Shown piece by piece: positions 46,197-58,100 of a stretch of 64,000 nt of DNA. This DNA comes from Zygnema circumcarinatum SAG 698-1b (Eukaryota > Plantae > Zygnematophyceae). Both the position numbers and the translations under genes were made by a program. Positions within the stretch are counted from its first letter, which is position 1, and each line of letters opens with the position of its first letter. The DNA lies in the NCBI GenBank assembly GCA_037447605.1, contig CM074813.1, positions 186,001 to 250,000 of the forward strand, given 5' to 3'. Below the pieces are notes generated by a model, which had not been told where the DNA came from, did no database searches, and worked only from the letters and a program-made list of their open reading frames with translations.

Positions 46197-46357
46197 GGCG
46201 GGAGGGGAGGGAGGAAGGGATGGAGGGAGGGGATGAGGAAGTGGAAATGGAACCCTAATTTCGGCCATTCATGTAGTTAGGGATAACGGGACGGAACAGA
46301 GAGGATCCATGTCACAGATTTCCGAACGACTTAGTCCATAATTTGTACATAGATTTT

Positions 46358-46373
46358 GATGACGTGGACCAAT
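46358..46373 (-). promoter_or_regulatory. Plant UPR element P-UPRE (ATTGGTCCACGTCATC; overlapping ERSE-II and TGACGTGG UPRE)
   Basis: The plus strand GATGACGTGGACCAAT is the exact reverse complement of ATTGGTCCACGTCATC. It lies ~160 bp upstream of the OST3/6 ATG. Confidence 0.7.
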
Positions 46374-46707
46374 CGAAATGGCGGATGATGTTCTGTCGTC
46401 ACGTGACAAAATCTGATGGGCGGAATGATCAATGCACGACACATGCACTGCTCCGTTTTGGAAACTGCGTTGAAATCTCGCGAACGCAACTGTCACGACG
46501 CGCTTACATGTGTTGACTGAACGGAGTGTTAACAGTCTCACATGGAACGGAATCCTTGCAATGTAGCAGACGTGGCGTCAATTGGCCAGTCGTCACGCCA
46601 CGCTTTGGGTGCTGGAAAAGGTCAAAGAGCACGGAGGGGATCTGCAGGAAGGGAGAGAGAGTGGGAGGGATTCTCTCCCTCTCTCCCTCCCTCCCTCCTG
46701 GGGTAGG

Positions 46708-49381
46708 ATGGCTGCGTGGGCGTGCTTCGCAAAGCGGCTGAGTGGACTCATCAGCGTCGCAATCCTTGTTTTCTGCTCTTCGGTTTTTTTCTTTTTGATT
46801 TGGAACCCCTCGCAGGCGGCCCGTCTCGAACCCCTCCTCCCCATCCTCCGGTTCCTCCCCTTCCTCGTTTGTGTCCTCATATTTCTTCAGAATCTCTCCG
46901 CCTTCGGGTTGGAAGGAGAGAGAGAGAGGGTGAACGAGGGAGAGGGTGGGAGGGATTGGGAGAGAGAGGGAGAGGGAGAGAGCTTCCCTACCTCCTCCCA
47001 CGACAGCATGGGTGCGTGGGCGTGCTCGGCAAAGCAGCTTCGTATCTTCCTCGCCTTAGCAATCCTTATTCTCCTATTTGGCCTTTTAAACTCCTCGGCT
47101 GTGAATTTTCTCGGACCCTTCTTCCCCATCCCCATTGTCGTCCTCGTCCTTCTTCTGAAGCTCTTAGGCGGCAGAAAAACCCAGGAAGGGGAGGAGGGAG
47201 ATGTGGAGAGGTGTGAGAGACGAGAGAGAAAGAGGGAGGAGAGAGAGAGAGAAGAGAGAGAGAGAGGAGATTTGGGGAAGCAGGTGATCGCCATAATGAA
47301 GGGCGAAGCGGAGCGAGCGCACAGCCTGGTGGGGTGGACGGAACTGGGAGTCAATCCGTACGACCGTACGGAAAGCCCGGACGGATGCATAAACCTTGGC
47401 ATTGCGGAGAATAGGGTACGATCTCTCGCTTTCAAACTTGAGAACTTTGGGACTATTAAACACTAAATCGCTACATTCTATTACATCTCTTGAACCCCTA
47501 AACTCTTATTCACTGATTCTTTGACAAATTTTGCCCCCAACGCTCCCGTGCTAATATGCATCTGGGAGGAAAGTTGATTTTGGGGAGTTAAACGATCAAC
47601 TCAAGAGTAGACCCAAAGCTCTGCTTTTTCAAGTGAAGTAGACCGGTTGACAGAAGTTGAACAGTGAGCAGAAGCTGTGACGGAGATGACACTTTTAATG
47701 ATACTTTGGGGTTTTGGTTTCGAGTTTTGGGATTTGGGCTTCTGGTTTTCAGGTATTTTGATTCCCTCTCCCCCCTTCTCCCCCCCCTCTCCCCTCCCCT
47801 CTTCAAATGCTTAACACCATTTTTTTAATTCTCGTTTCTTGATGCAGCTTTCTCTGGATGTTCTTCAAAGCTGGCTTGACTCCCAGCCGCAGCCGACTGC
47901 TCCCCTCTTATTGGACGATATCGCCGGCTATAAAGACTACCACGGACTGCCAATTTTTCGGCATGTAAGCGGTGCTCCATATAACTCTCGGCTTTAATGA
48001 TTCTTTGTATGCATATACTTGTTGTTTTTCCATTCCTTTAGGAGTCAGAAGTACAGGCACTCTCTTTTTTGGTGCCATTTTGAATGCCTTCCGTTCCTGT
48101 CCATTTATTTCCCTATGACCTCCCCTCTCCTCTCTCTCTTTCTCTCCCTCCCCACTATCCCTCTCTCTCTCTCTCTCTCCCTCCCCACTATCCCTCTCTC
48201 CCTCTCTCTCCCCCTCCCTCTCGCTCTCCCTCTCTCCCTTCCCCTCCAGGCGATGGCTGCCCTCCTCGATCTCGTCCTCGGGCAGGGAAGGGTCAAATTT
48301 TCCCCCGAGAACATCATTGTGACGTCAGGGGCAAGCGCAGCGGTGGAGCTCATTACGTCATGCATCGCTGATGTTGGCGATGCTTACATCATTCCTGCGC
48401 CCTTTTATTCAGGGTGCTTGCTCCCCCTCCGCGCAATTTGTGTCGAGTTTTTGTTTTTTTTTCTTGATCACTTTTAGGAATTTTATGGTTTTTTTTAATT
48501 TTATTTTCTTTATTTGCAGGTTTGTTCGCGATGTCGAGTGGCGAACTCAAGTTCATCTCGAGCCGGCGTACACTGAAAGTTCGACAAATTTTTCCATCAC
48601 AAAAAGGTGTTTGGAAATGGCTTGGGAGTCTGCCCGAGCGAAAAAGTTCCGACCCCGGGCAGTTCTCTTCTCCTCTCCTTGGAACCCGATTGGTCGAACC
48701 TTGGACCGAAAAACTCTTGAAACCATTCTCAACTTTGCCCGAGAAAAAAACCTGCACGTGATTTCGGACGAACTTTACGCCGGCTCTGTATGGGACGAGC
48801 CGAAATTTCTAAGTATTGCGGAAGTGATGTCAAGCGAGCAAAGTGATGTAGAGCGCGTCCACATCATCTACGGCCTCGCGAAAGATTTGGGTCTTCCCGG
48901 ATTCCGAGTGGGCGTGCTCTACTCCCAGAATGAAAAAATTTTGGGGGCTGCCCGAAGGCTCGTTAGAACCACATCGGTGTCGACCTACACGCAGCAGTTT
49001 CTGGCGACTCGTCTTTTATCCAACCCAACTTTTTTGGACGAGTACTTTCGAGAAAATTGTCGAAGATTAAAAGCTGCCCGGGAGAAGGTTTTGGGGGCTG
49101 CCCGGAGGGCGGGGCTGAAGGTGGCGGAGGGAAACTCGGGGCAGTACGTTTGGTTGAATGTGAGCGCAAAAAATAAGGAAAGTGACAGAGGGAATTGTGA
49201 CAGAACGAAGGAGATTTCGATGTTCAAGCGTTTGGTTTATGAGTGCGGGTTGAATGTAAATTTTGGCGGCGATTTTTTTTCTAATGAGTCGCATTGGTAT
49301 AGGTTGTGCTTTGCATGCGTGGATTCGGCGACATTGGAAGTCGCTTTACAGAGATTAGAGGCCTTTTGTGGCAGGCTCTGA
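46708..49381 (+). CDS. ACC synthase-like PLP-dependent enzyme (ACS-like aminotransferase / C-S lyase) with a membrane-type N-terminal extension. Exons 46708-47415, 47848-47964, ~48250-48413, ~48520-49381.
   Basis: Motifs NPY...PDGCINLGIAENR|L, YKDYHGL, VTSGASAAVE, PAPFYSG|F, SPWNPIG, SDELYAG, YGLAKDLGLPGFRVG (PLP Lys) and WYRLCFA. The three introns sit at positions typical of plant ACS genes. Confidence 0.88.
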
Positions 49382-50686
49382 ACCCTGATTCTTTTCTTAA
49401 AAACCCCGATCTCGTTACCATACAAATCCTGAAAACCTCCTTGTTTGGAGGACCCACATGCTGTACCCTTGTTGTTAATAATTTTTTTTTAATAAGTTGT
49501 ACCTCAGGCTTGAGCTTCCGTGTTGTGTACGCCAACGGAGCTATGTTCAGTTTTTTGTATGTAAACGCGTTTCTGCTCTGTTTGAATGCATAGAGCTCAC
49601 AAGCAACGCAGTTCTATGCCCGCACTGTCCCATGTCCACCAGAGCAGTTCGAAACCACTGGAACTACCACAACCAGTTCCGTGGTCAACCGTCGGCGTAA
49701 CGAGCGTCACATGGAACATCAACAATGTGGGCCCAACCCACGTAGTCCCGCATGGGTCCCACAACGCCCACAACGACAATGTGGTGCAGTGTTCACACAG
49801 CGAAAAGCGACAATTCCGAGCTTAAACCATACGTTTCCTGAGGTCGATCTCACGACGTACTGTTTCTTGTCGGCACATCTCGCTACCGTTTTGCGACGTA
49901 CTTATTCGAGTCGGCGCGCCATCCCAGGGTTGGCGCAAGCCAGCCAGGACGTCGTTTTCGATCCTTCCAACGCTGTCGCCATCTGTCAAGCACCGAATGT
50001 GCGAAAATCTTCAGAATTATTTATTTTTCAGCAACTTTGGACCAATATTAGCCGTCCGATTGATTCACGTTTTAACATCTACGGACAATACTCATTTGAT
50101 TGTGGCCGCATGGCCTGCCCTGGATCTTCGGTCACATGTCCAAAAATATTTTTCTTGTTGACAGGATCGTTCTTTGAACCGCTCAGGTCCTTGGATCCAC
50201 AATGATCCAAAATGTTGATTGACCAATCACAGAACATAACCTCTCGTTAAGCCAATTGAAACGCGGAAACGTTGATCCTACGAAGGTTGATCCTTGCCCC
50301 CGGCAGATCCGTCGGTTTCTCGTCCAGTCCTACTACGACACGTTGAAACCGCCAACCGTACATTCGTACAACTCGGTACCAGTGTCCGTACGGTACCCGC
50401 CTCCCTCTCCCCGGAGAACCCCCCCCCCCCCCCCCCTCAGCCGCCCAACAAGTGGCAGTTCCCCCAACGAGCAGGTGGTCCAAGCAGGCCATTTTACGCT
50501 CCCTGTTCTCACAAAAAGAAAGCAATTTCGGCGCAACTTTTGTCGCTCTAGGGTAGAATTCAGCCAATAATAAAACTCCACATCGTAGTTTTCTGAATTT
50601 TTTTAACGAGACTACGTGAAATACCGGCTGATTTTGGCCCACTTTTGAGCAATTTCTCCGTTGGTTTTGGGTTAAAAAAGCAGAAT

Positions 50687-51490
50687 ATGGCTCAAGCAGG
50701 GGATTCCGGAGGGAACTATGGCCCCTCTGGCAGCAACGATAGCGAGGGAGAGAGAGGGACGAGTCCGGGAGGGCAAGATCACCACTCGGAGGTGAGGGAG
50801 CAGGACCGCTTCCTCCCGATTGCAAATGTGGGACGGGTTATGAAGAGAGCGCTTCCCACAAATGCAAAAATTTCGAAGGATGCGAAAGAAACGATGCAGG
50901 AATGCGTCTCGGAGTTTATCAGCTTCATAACCGGTGAAGCAAGCGATAAGTGCGCTAGAGAAAAGCGAAAAACGATCAATGGAGACGACATTTTGTGGGC
51001 CATGAGCACGCTCGGGTGAGTGGAGAAGGGGTCTTATTTCTTTCTTCTTTTCTTTTTGGTGTTTTTCAGCTCTTTGTTATTCTCAGGGGAAGGAGGCTTT
51101 TGTACTCTTTATTTCGTTTTTATTTATGCGGGCACTTTGTCGCTTGTTCTAAGCTATCTGCTTTCAGTATGGTTTATGGCTGCCGCTGCCAATCTGCTAA
51201 ACTTTAATAGTCTTTTATACTTTTCATTTTGCAAGATGTCAAGATGTCAAGATGTCATTTCTGTCATCGTGATACGGAGGTTATTACTGTATTATTCTAT
51301 CATCATGATTCAACTCTAGCCAGAAGTGCTTTCTGCCTCACTCCGACTATGTAGAAGCAAAACCGATGAGGGCTCAGGCAGGGTGGGGGAGAGAGAGAAG
51401 GGAGAGGCCGAGGTCGAGAGAGAGAGAAAGAAGATGCGAGAGAATTGAGGCCAAGAAATATATATTTGTACATAGAGAGAGGGAAAGAAC

Positions 51491-51576
<86 letters not shown>

Positions 51577-52203
51577 GAATGTATGGGCTGCGAGAAAGTT
51601 GTTAAACTGTCGTCCGCCGATCGTCCTTCGTTCCTTCCCTGCATCCAACCATTCGCTCCTCCATGCATACATCTACCATCCATGTGCGCCTCTCTGCATC
51701 CACCCAGCAAGTGGCATTCAATATTATCTGCAAAGTGGTCATCCTTTCAGCCAGTTCATTTTTGTATGAGTCAAGCAGAGCATGTTTGGTGTGGACGCAT
51801 GTACCGCATGTGTTATGTATGGCATGTAGTAATTGTATTTAAATCGTCACAGTGGATCGATCATATGGTACTCTTATATATCAACTGCACTCTTCCTTCC
51901 CAGTTTGTAGCATAAAAATTCCTTAAGTTTAGGTTGCTTGTTCTTTATTGCATTTTTGTGATTGACAGTTCTGAAACCTCACACTGTGCACCATAATATG
52001 GGGGGTTTGGAAACAGGTTTGACGATTACATTGAACCTCTGAAGCTGTATCTTCTCAAGTACAGAGAGTTGGAGTCGGAGAAAGTGTCGATTTCTAAACA
52101 GGGAGAGGGAGAGAAAATCAACAACGGCGTGGTGCCACCTGGCATGACGGGGATGTCCCATCCTATGCATGGCTATGATGGCATGTACATGCAGCCGAGA
52201 TAG
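50687..52203 (+). CDS. NF-YB: Nuclear factor Y subunit B (non-LEC1 type). Exons 50687-51015 and 52017-52203.
   Basis: [74 protein letters not shown]|[17 protein letters not shown]. It has K (ISKDAK) at the LEC1-diagnostic Asp position. Confidence 0.93.
51492..51573. repeat. (GA)n microsatellite in the NF-YB intron
   Basis: Direct observation. Confidence 0.95.
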
Positions 52204-55146
52204 GGGCAGTAGAGGGATTAGGGTTTAGAAAATGTGTCTCTGTATCAATCTGTGAAGTTCTAATGTCTTGATGCCTTTGGGGTAACGAAATTTTGACCAG
52301 AGAACGGTAAATTTGTCGAGAAAAGGTGCTTAATGAATAGAAATTTGTTTGTAAATGAATTAGGACCTTAGTTAGGGTTGCGTGAGACAAGGAGGAGACT
52401 TCGGACTGTTCGTGAAGCTTATGGCAGGAGAGGGATGGGAGGAGGAGAGTGGGTTATGGGGTGGAACGAAGGAAGGGGAATGGAGAGAGAGACTGTGAGC
52501 GGTAGAAAAGAGAAACAGAATGGAGGAGTCGAGGACGAGGTAGTGAGGGTGAGGGAGAAAGAACGATAGATGGAACGATAGGAGGAACGGGTGAACGAAG
52601 AGAGTGAGAGACATGGAGAGCGATGGAGGGAGAGGTGGAAGAGGGAGACAAGCGCAAGTGAAAAGGACAGTTGTTTGAATGAAGGGCTAAGGAGGGGGAG
52701 ACGGGTGAGGGAAGTTGAGAGGAGGGAGGAGGGGAGAGAGAGGGGGAAAGGGAAAGAGAAGTGTTGTGAAGGCTTGTCGGGCTAGTGAGCATGTACCCAT
52801 TTGAATGTTATTGAAGCTGTCGGTTCGAATTCGCCTATGTGCCCCGTACTGAGAGGCAGACTTAGGGAGAAGATGTAAGCAGGCCAAGATTCGAGACACG
52901 AACGAGTACCCTTTATGTAGAGATGAGAATTTGCAATCAGTGGATTTGTACAGGGATGCAATGCAACCAGTAGCTACAAATCTTGGGTTCCATGTGATAC
53001 TATCTGTTCTTCACAACGAAAAAAAAAAAAAAAAAACAATGACGGAGGGTGTCTTTGCATGCAGCAAGGCGGAACTGTTGGCGTGTATGGGGCATGTCGA
53101 CTCCGCAAACAACAAGTATCTACTGATGACTATTTCAAAATGGTCATAATTTTACGACTGTTGATTTGGCAGTAACATTGCACAGGAATTGCGCCCGAAG
53201 TAGGGAGGGTGGTGCAGCCAAGACTGAATTCTAGTTTCTGTAATCTGCTTATACTGAGGATTAGGTGGAAGGATGTGTGCGGACTAGTGTCACCGCTACT
53301 AATTAACTGGACCTCTTCGAATTAGTGCTAGTTTAGCGGGAGGAATTGCCCACCTTTAAGACGAACAAACGATGGCATGTGACGGCGTTATGACGGCAAG
53401 TTGTAAAGGTACACCATGCCATGCCAATGCAACGCGAATGATGTTACAGTACGGACGGGCCAGGTGGATCCTGCCACGTCGGATTCCCGACACAAGGAGC
53501 ATGCTTTGCGCCAATCGGACGGCCTCGTTTTGGCGCACGTGTGCGCTGGAATTGTACGAACAGGCTGTGGGCCAATCAGCGCACGTCGCCTGGCTCGGCC
53601 GAACCGTACGAGCAGTGGCTTTCGTACGCATGAGCCAGCTGGCTGGCTCATGCGTAATGGCCACTCGAGCAGTACGGTAGGGCACGCCAAATTTGAACAA
53701 GTTTTAGGAAACTTGTTGAGAGTATTACTGATGACAAGCTAGACTGAGTACTCCTTTTAAAGGCTTCTTGTGATTTTATAATAGTACTGGTTCTGGTTAT
53801 AGACTGAGGGAATTTTCTTTTTAGTACTGATGTTTTTTTTAGTCTGACATGTCAGTTTTTAATAGGCCGTACACGATGCTTACGTGGCAGCGAAGCCGAG
53901 TCAGCACGACCCGTGTTCCTGATTGGCTTTTCGCAGTTTTTTTCTTTCAAAAGACTTTTTTTTTTTCAATGACAGTTTTGAGTTACAAAAAACTACAGTA
54001 TACCCGTATCCATGACTTCTGTGTCCTTTTCTCATTCATCAACCTGGCGACATATTTTTTTTTTTTTCATTTTTTTCTCAGTTGACAAAAAATGATTTGT
54101 CCCTGACCGCGGGCAGAAAGAAATCTGCTGTCAACCCAACAGAGAACGCGGGCTGTGCTATAGAGCAGCCCAGCGTTTCACTTCCCGTAGAAATACATAG
54201 ACTGCGTTAATCTCTCCCTGAACGGAGAACATAGAACGGAGTCCCTGGAAGGTGGCGCCGTGGTGGACTCTGACACGGCGTCTCCCGCATCCAGGCCATT
54301 TCAGAATTCTGTTCCAAACAAAGAAACAATATTTCACAAATCAGATATGTGTTGAATGCCTCAGTTGCAGTGTATTTTTTTATTAATTTGAAGCGTTAGC
54401 TTGGGGCCAGTCTGCTCTACTGAGATGCTCGCCTGTGGCAGATTGCCCTCTGTTCGTTTGCAGGCTGATGGAGAACTTTTTATTGATGCCGAACCTGTTA
54501 TTGATGCCTAAAGCTCCTTTTGTTTGAGACCTTGGGCGGAGAGAGAGTCATTGAATAACCAGAACCATTTTTTCCGTTTTCCAAATCCTTGAATTTGTGG
54601 AGAATGGGAAGAAACTAAGTACTGATCCATGGACCACTTCCTGGACAATCGTTTCAGGTATGCGTTGCACGGCTATCTGTTTCAAATGTTTAAATGTATA
54701 GACTTTCATGAGACTCCTAATCTCATCTATTTTCTGCATATTTCTCATCAATGCATGCATGGCGGCCAGCAAACATTTGCCGCATGCTTGGCTACAACCA
54801 TCGTTTTAGTTCTACACATGGTGCTGCAAACTTGTCTCGCTACAGCCGAATGAAGGATGTGTGCTGACAGTTTGTTTTTCCTGGCATAACTACTGCTCAT
54901 CTCTCTGTCTATTGTTGTCTTTTTTTCGTTGTGATCAAGCAAGCCTGGCGATGCAAGGCAGCATATTTAGCTTGCTATTTTATTTTTGAGTTTTTTTTCC
55001 AAGAACACAGCATTGTGACTGGAGATCTTACGCTGCTGTGGCTTCCCTCTGAACGAATGGAGCATCCTGCATCCTTTCTTTTCACTTGCAGGTCCTATGA
55101 GGCAGCCTCCCTCGGCCTTGCAACCTCTGCATTCTTTTGAAAACGT

Positions 55147-58100
55147 ATGGACTTAGAAGAGCCAAGTGCTGTCAAAATAAAAGGAGCAGAGGGCGTAGTC
55201 GACACAAGTAATCCTCGCTCCGTTACAGAGCAAATTCTCTTTTTCAACTCTTTTTTTTTGCAGCATCCAGAAAAGGTTCCAAATAAGCATCCATTAGAGC
55301 TGAATGTTCGCTACTGGAAGCCTCGAAGCAGCGATCCAGCGGACGGTAAATCTAGTGACGCAATCTTACCTTCTTTAGAAGATTGTCTGGTCCATAGCGA
55401 CATCATTCAGAGAGAGCAGCAGGAGAGTCCTCAGGAATCAGCCATGGTTGGTGTGGTTCCTCCTCCTCAAAAGCACCATTATACCCCAAACAGCAAAAGG
55501 CCTGAATCGCCACCTCAGGCCGTTCCTCCATCAAAACAAGCATCCTCTGAAGAAGCACCCTCAACACCGCCGGCGGCTTCGTCCGAAGAAGCACCGGCAA
55601 CACTAGCGCCTCGTAGCAGCAACTTTGTAGAGCTTCATGTCAAGTTCTTTGATCCTACTTCGGCTCCGCCAGGCGCAGAAGCTTCCGGGAAAGAGGCCAC
55701 GGAGGAAAGCGAGGCAGCCTCTGAACTGGGGGCAACGGCGCCTTCTGCTGCCTCCGGCACCAATTCTCTGCGGAACTCAGTCAGTAACTGAGAAGCTTTG
55801 TCGTTTTGAGTTAATGTGTGTTTGCCGAAATTCTGATGAAAACTATGGCTGGTGGAAAAATGTGAATGATTGTCGTTGCTTCCGTGTCTCCCCCCGTTAG
55901 CTATGTGAGTATGCTTCCCATGAGCTATTTCCCATACTCTTTTCAATATTCCTTGCTCTATGTCTCATCCTCAATGTCTCATCCTTTGCATGTCTTGTTG
56001 AATGAATTGAATGCAGATTGAATCTTTCAAGGGCTTAAAACAGAACCGGCCTGTAGCCAGCTTGAAATCTCCGCGCTCTCCGTCTCCCGCGCACTCTCGG
56101 GCGAGCAGTTCCACCTCGTCCCCTCGCGGCCCTCGGAACAGTGGGAGACCCAACTTCACTGTACCGGAGCCCTTTTCTCTAGCCACAGATCGCAGGTCTG
56201 TTCCGTACTCTATTTTGATTTTGGACTAAACATAGATGTCGGAATCATATTGTTATTCTCTGTTTACTTTTTTCCTTAACTTCTGTTGAATGTAAAGTGT
56301 AATGTTTTCCATGTTCAGCATCATGTTTGCGAGTTCAAATACAAAAACGACGAATCCATGCTTCCGTCCTGGTTTTGTTTCTGGTTCATTGATCGAACTT
56401 GGCCTAGTTTTATTTTCCAAAAACTATGCAGCCTCGTTCGAATTGAAATCGTGCTCATACGTTATATTCTTGCGGTGTGCAAAACAAAAATATTTTCAAG
56501 AGAAAAAAATTCAGCACCATGAAGAGGTTGCCCACGAAAAGGTTGGTTCAAGTGATGGCAGTTCTATTGTGCAGGGCGAGTTTGCCTATGAGAGGAACCC
56601 CGCCTCCCGCTACCTCTGTTCCAAAGCTGAAGGCGGGAGTTGTGCGTGCATCATTCGACAGCCCTCAAGTGAATACATTTCTGAACTTTTGACCTTAAAC
56701 TCAGATGTCTGGACTCTGGAGCCTTAAAACTGCATACTATGAGTCTCGGGTGTCAATTCTTAACCGTATGGCAGAAGGGCCAAAGGTTTGCATCCGAGCC
56801 ATGACCTCCAGACCTTAAGCCCTTCATATCAAACCCTGAACCTTTACCTTAAACCATGTTCCTGTGCCATCTTTGCGAAACTAAATGTTGGAGACGGTCT
56901 ATTGCTGAATGGTCTCGGTCGAAAGGAGACATTGAACTTGGTTACGTAATGAGCAGTAATGTGATCCCATATGGCGGAACCCAAGGATGGCATAATGCAG
57001 ATTTACATGTAATCGATTCGTTTAGATTTTTGGGGTCTATTGTGGGTTCTCTCGTGCTCTCTCGTTTCACAGACATACTCATCATTAATTGCCTGCAGGT
57101 GCCGCCAAAACCGGTGCCAAAGCCAACAACCTCGCCAGAACCCTTTAATCTGGAGAGCCTCAAGTAAGTGAGAGCCTTGTGTTGGATCCTCTAAAAGAAG
57201 CTGTTTGAACTTGCCTCGGAAGTCTTGTAGTCGGTCTTCCACCTCCTTTTGTGTCTCTCTCCCTCTCTCTGTCTAGGACTTTCACACTGTCTATCTCAAT
57301 CTGTCTCCATTTCCGTTCTTTTCATGTCCTCTGACTTTCTTCATTTCTTTCTCTTTCACGTATGGGAATCGTGCAAAAATTAAGAGTTCTTACCCTGCCG
57401 GATGTCCGTGCAGGCGTCACGAGGAGGCTATGGGGAAGTTGAAGGCGGAAATCAAAGCCAAAGAGGTGGAGCAGGAGGAGAAGCGCAAATTCAAAGCCCA
57501 GCCCATTGCGCAGTATCCTCCCAGCAAGCCTCTATTCGTACTTTTTCCGACAGTTTCCTTGTCGTATTCGTCATATACTTCTTCTTTTTTAGCGGTTACT
57601 TTTCTTATGCCTTTTTGACTTTTTAATGCAAAATACTTGATGCCTTAACTCTGCACCCAGACCGTCTCTCCCTCCGCCTATCAAGCACATTCCGCCAACA
57701 GAGAGGGCGGAGTTCAAGTTTGCCTCAAATGACCGGGCAGAGAAGAGAAAGGAAGTAAGGCCTTTTCTCCTGAACGGTGTGGAGGAGGTTGAGGGAGAGC
57801 GTTTAATTTTTATGATTTTTAGTGTTTCTGATTCCTAGGACGAGAGAGGGGAGGGAGAGTAAAAGGAGGAGATTGCGAGGGAAGGGAGTTCATCTAGACA
57901 GAGAGGAGGAAACTTTCGTTCTTTTGATCTCTTGAACCGAAAGAGTTTTGAACCAGAGATCCTTGGATGCCTGGAAGCCCTACAGGTCTGAGAAACTACT
58001 GTCCTCACATTGCATGGGTAACTGGTGCAGTTCACTCAAAGGATGGAGCAAAAGGAGTCAAAGAAGTTGCAGGAGAAGCAGCAGAATCTGGAAAAGTCGA

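Noticed and set aside
49570-50250. Short ORFs and AC-rich segment between the ACS-like gene and NF-YB
   Set aside because: No recognisable domain, splice structure or repeat boundaries.
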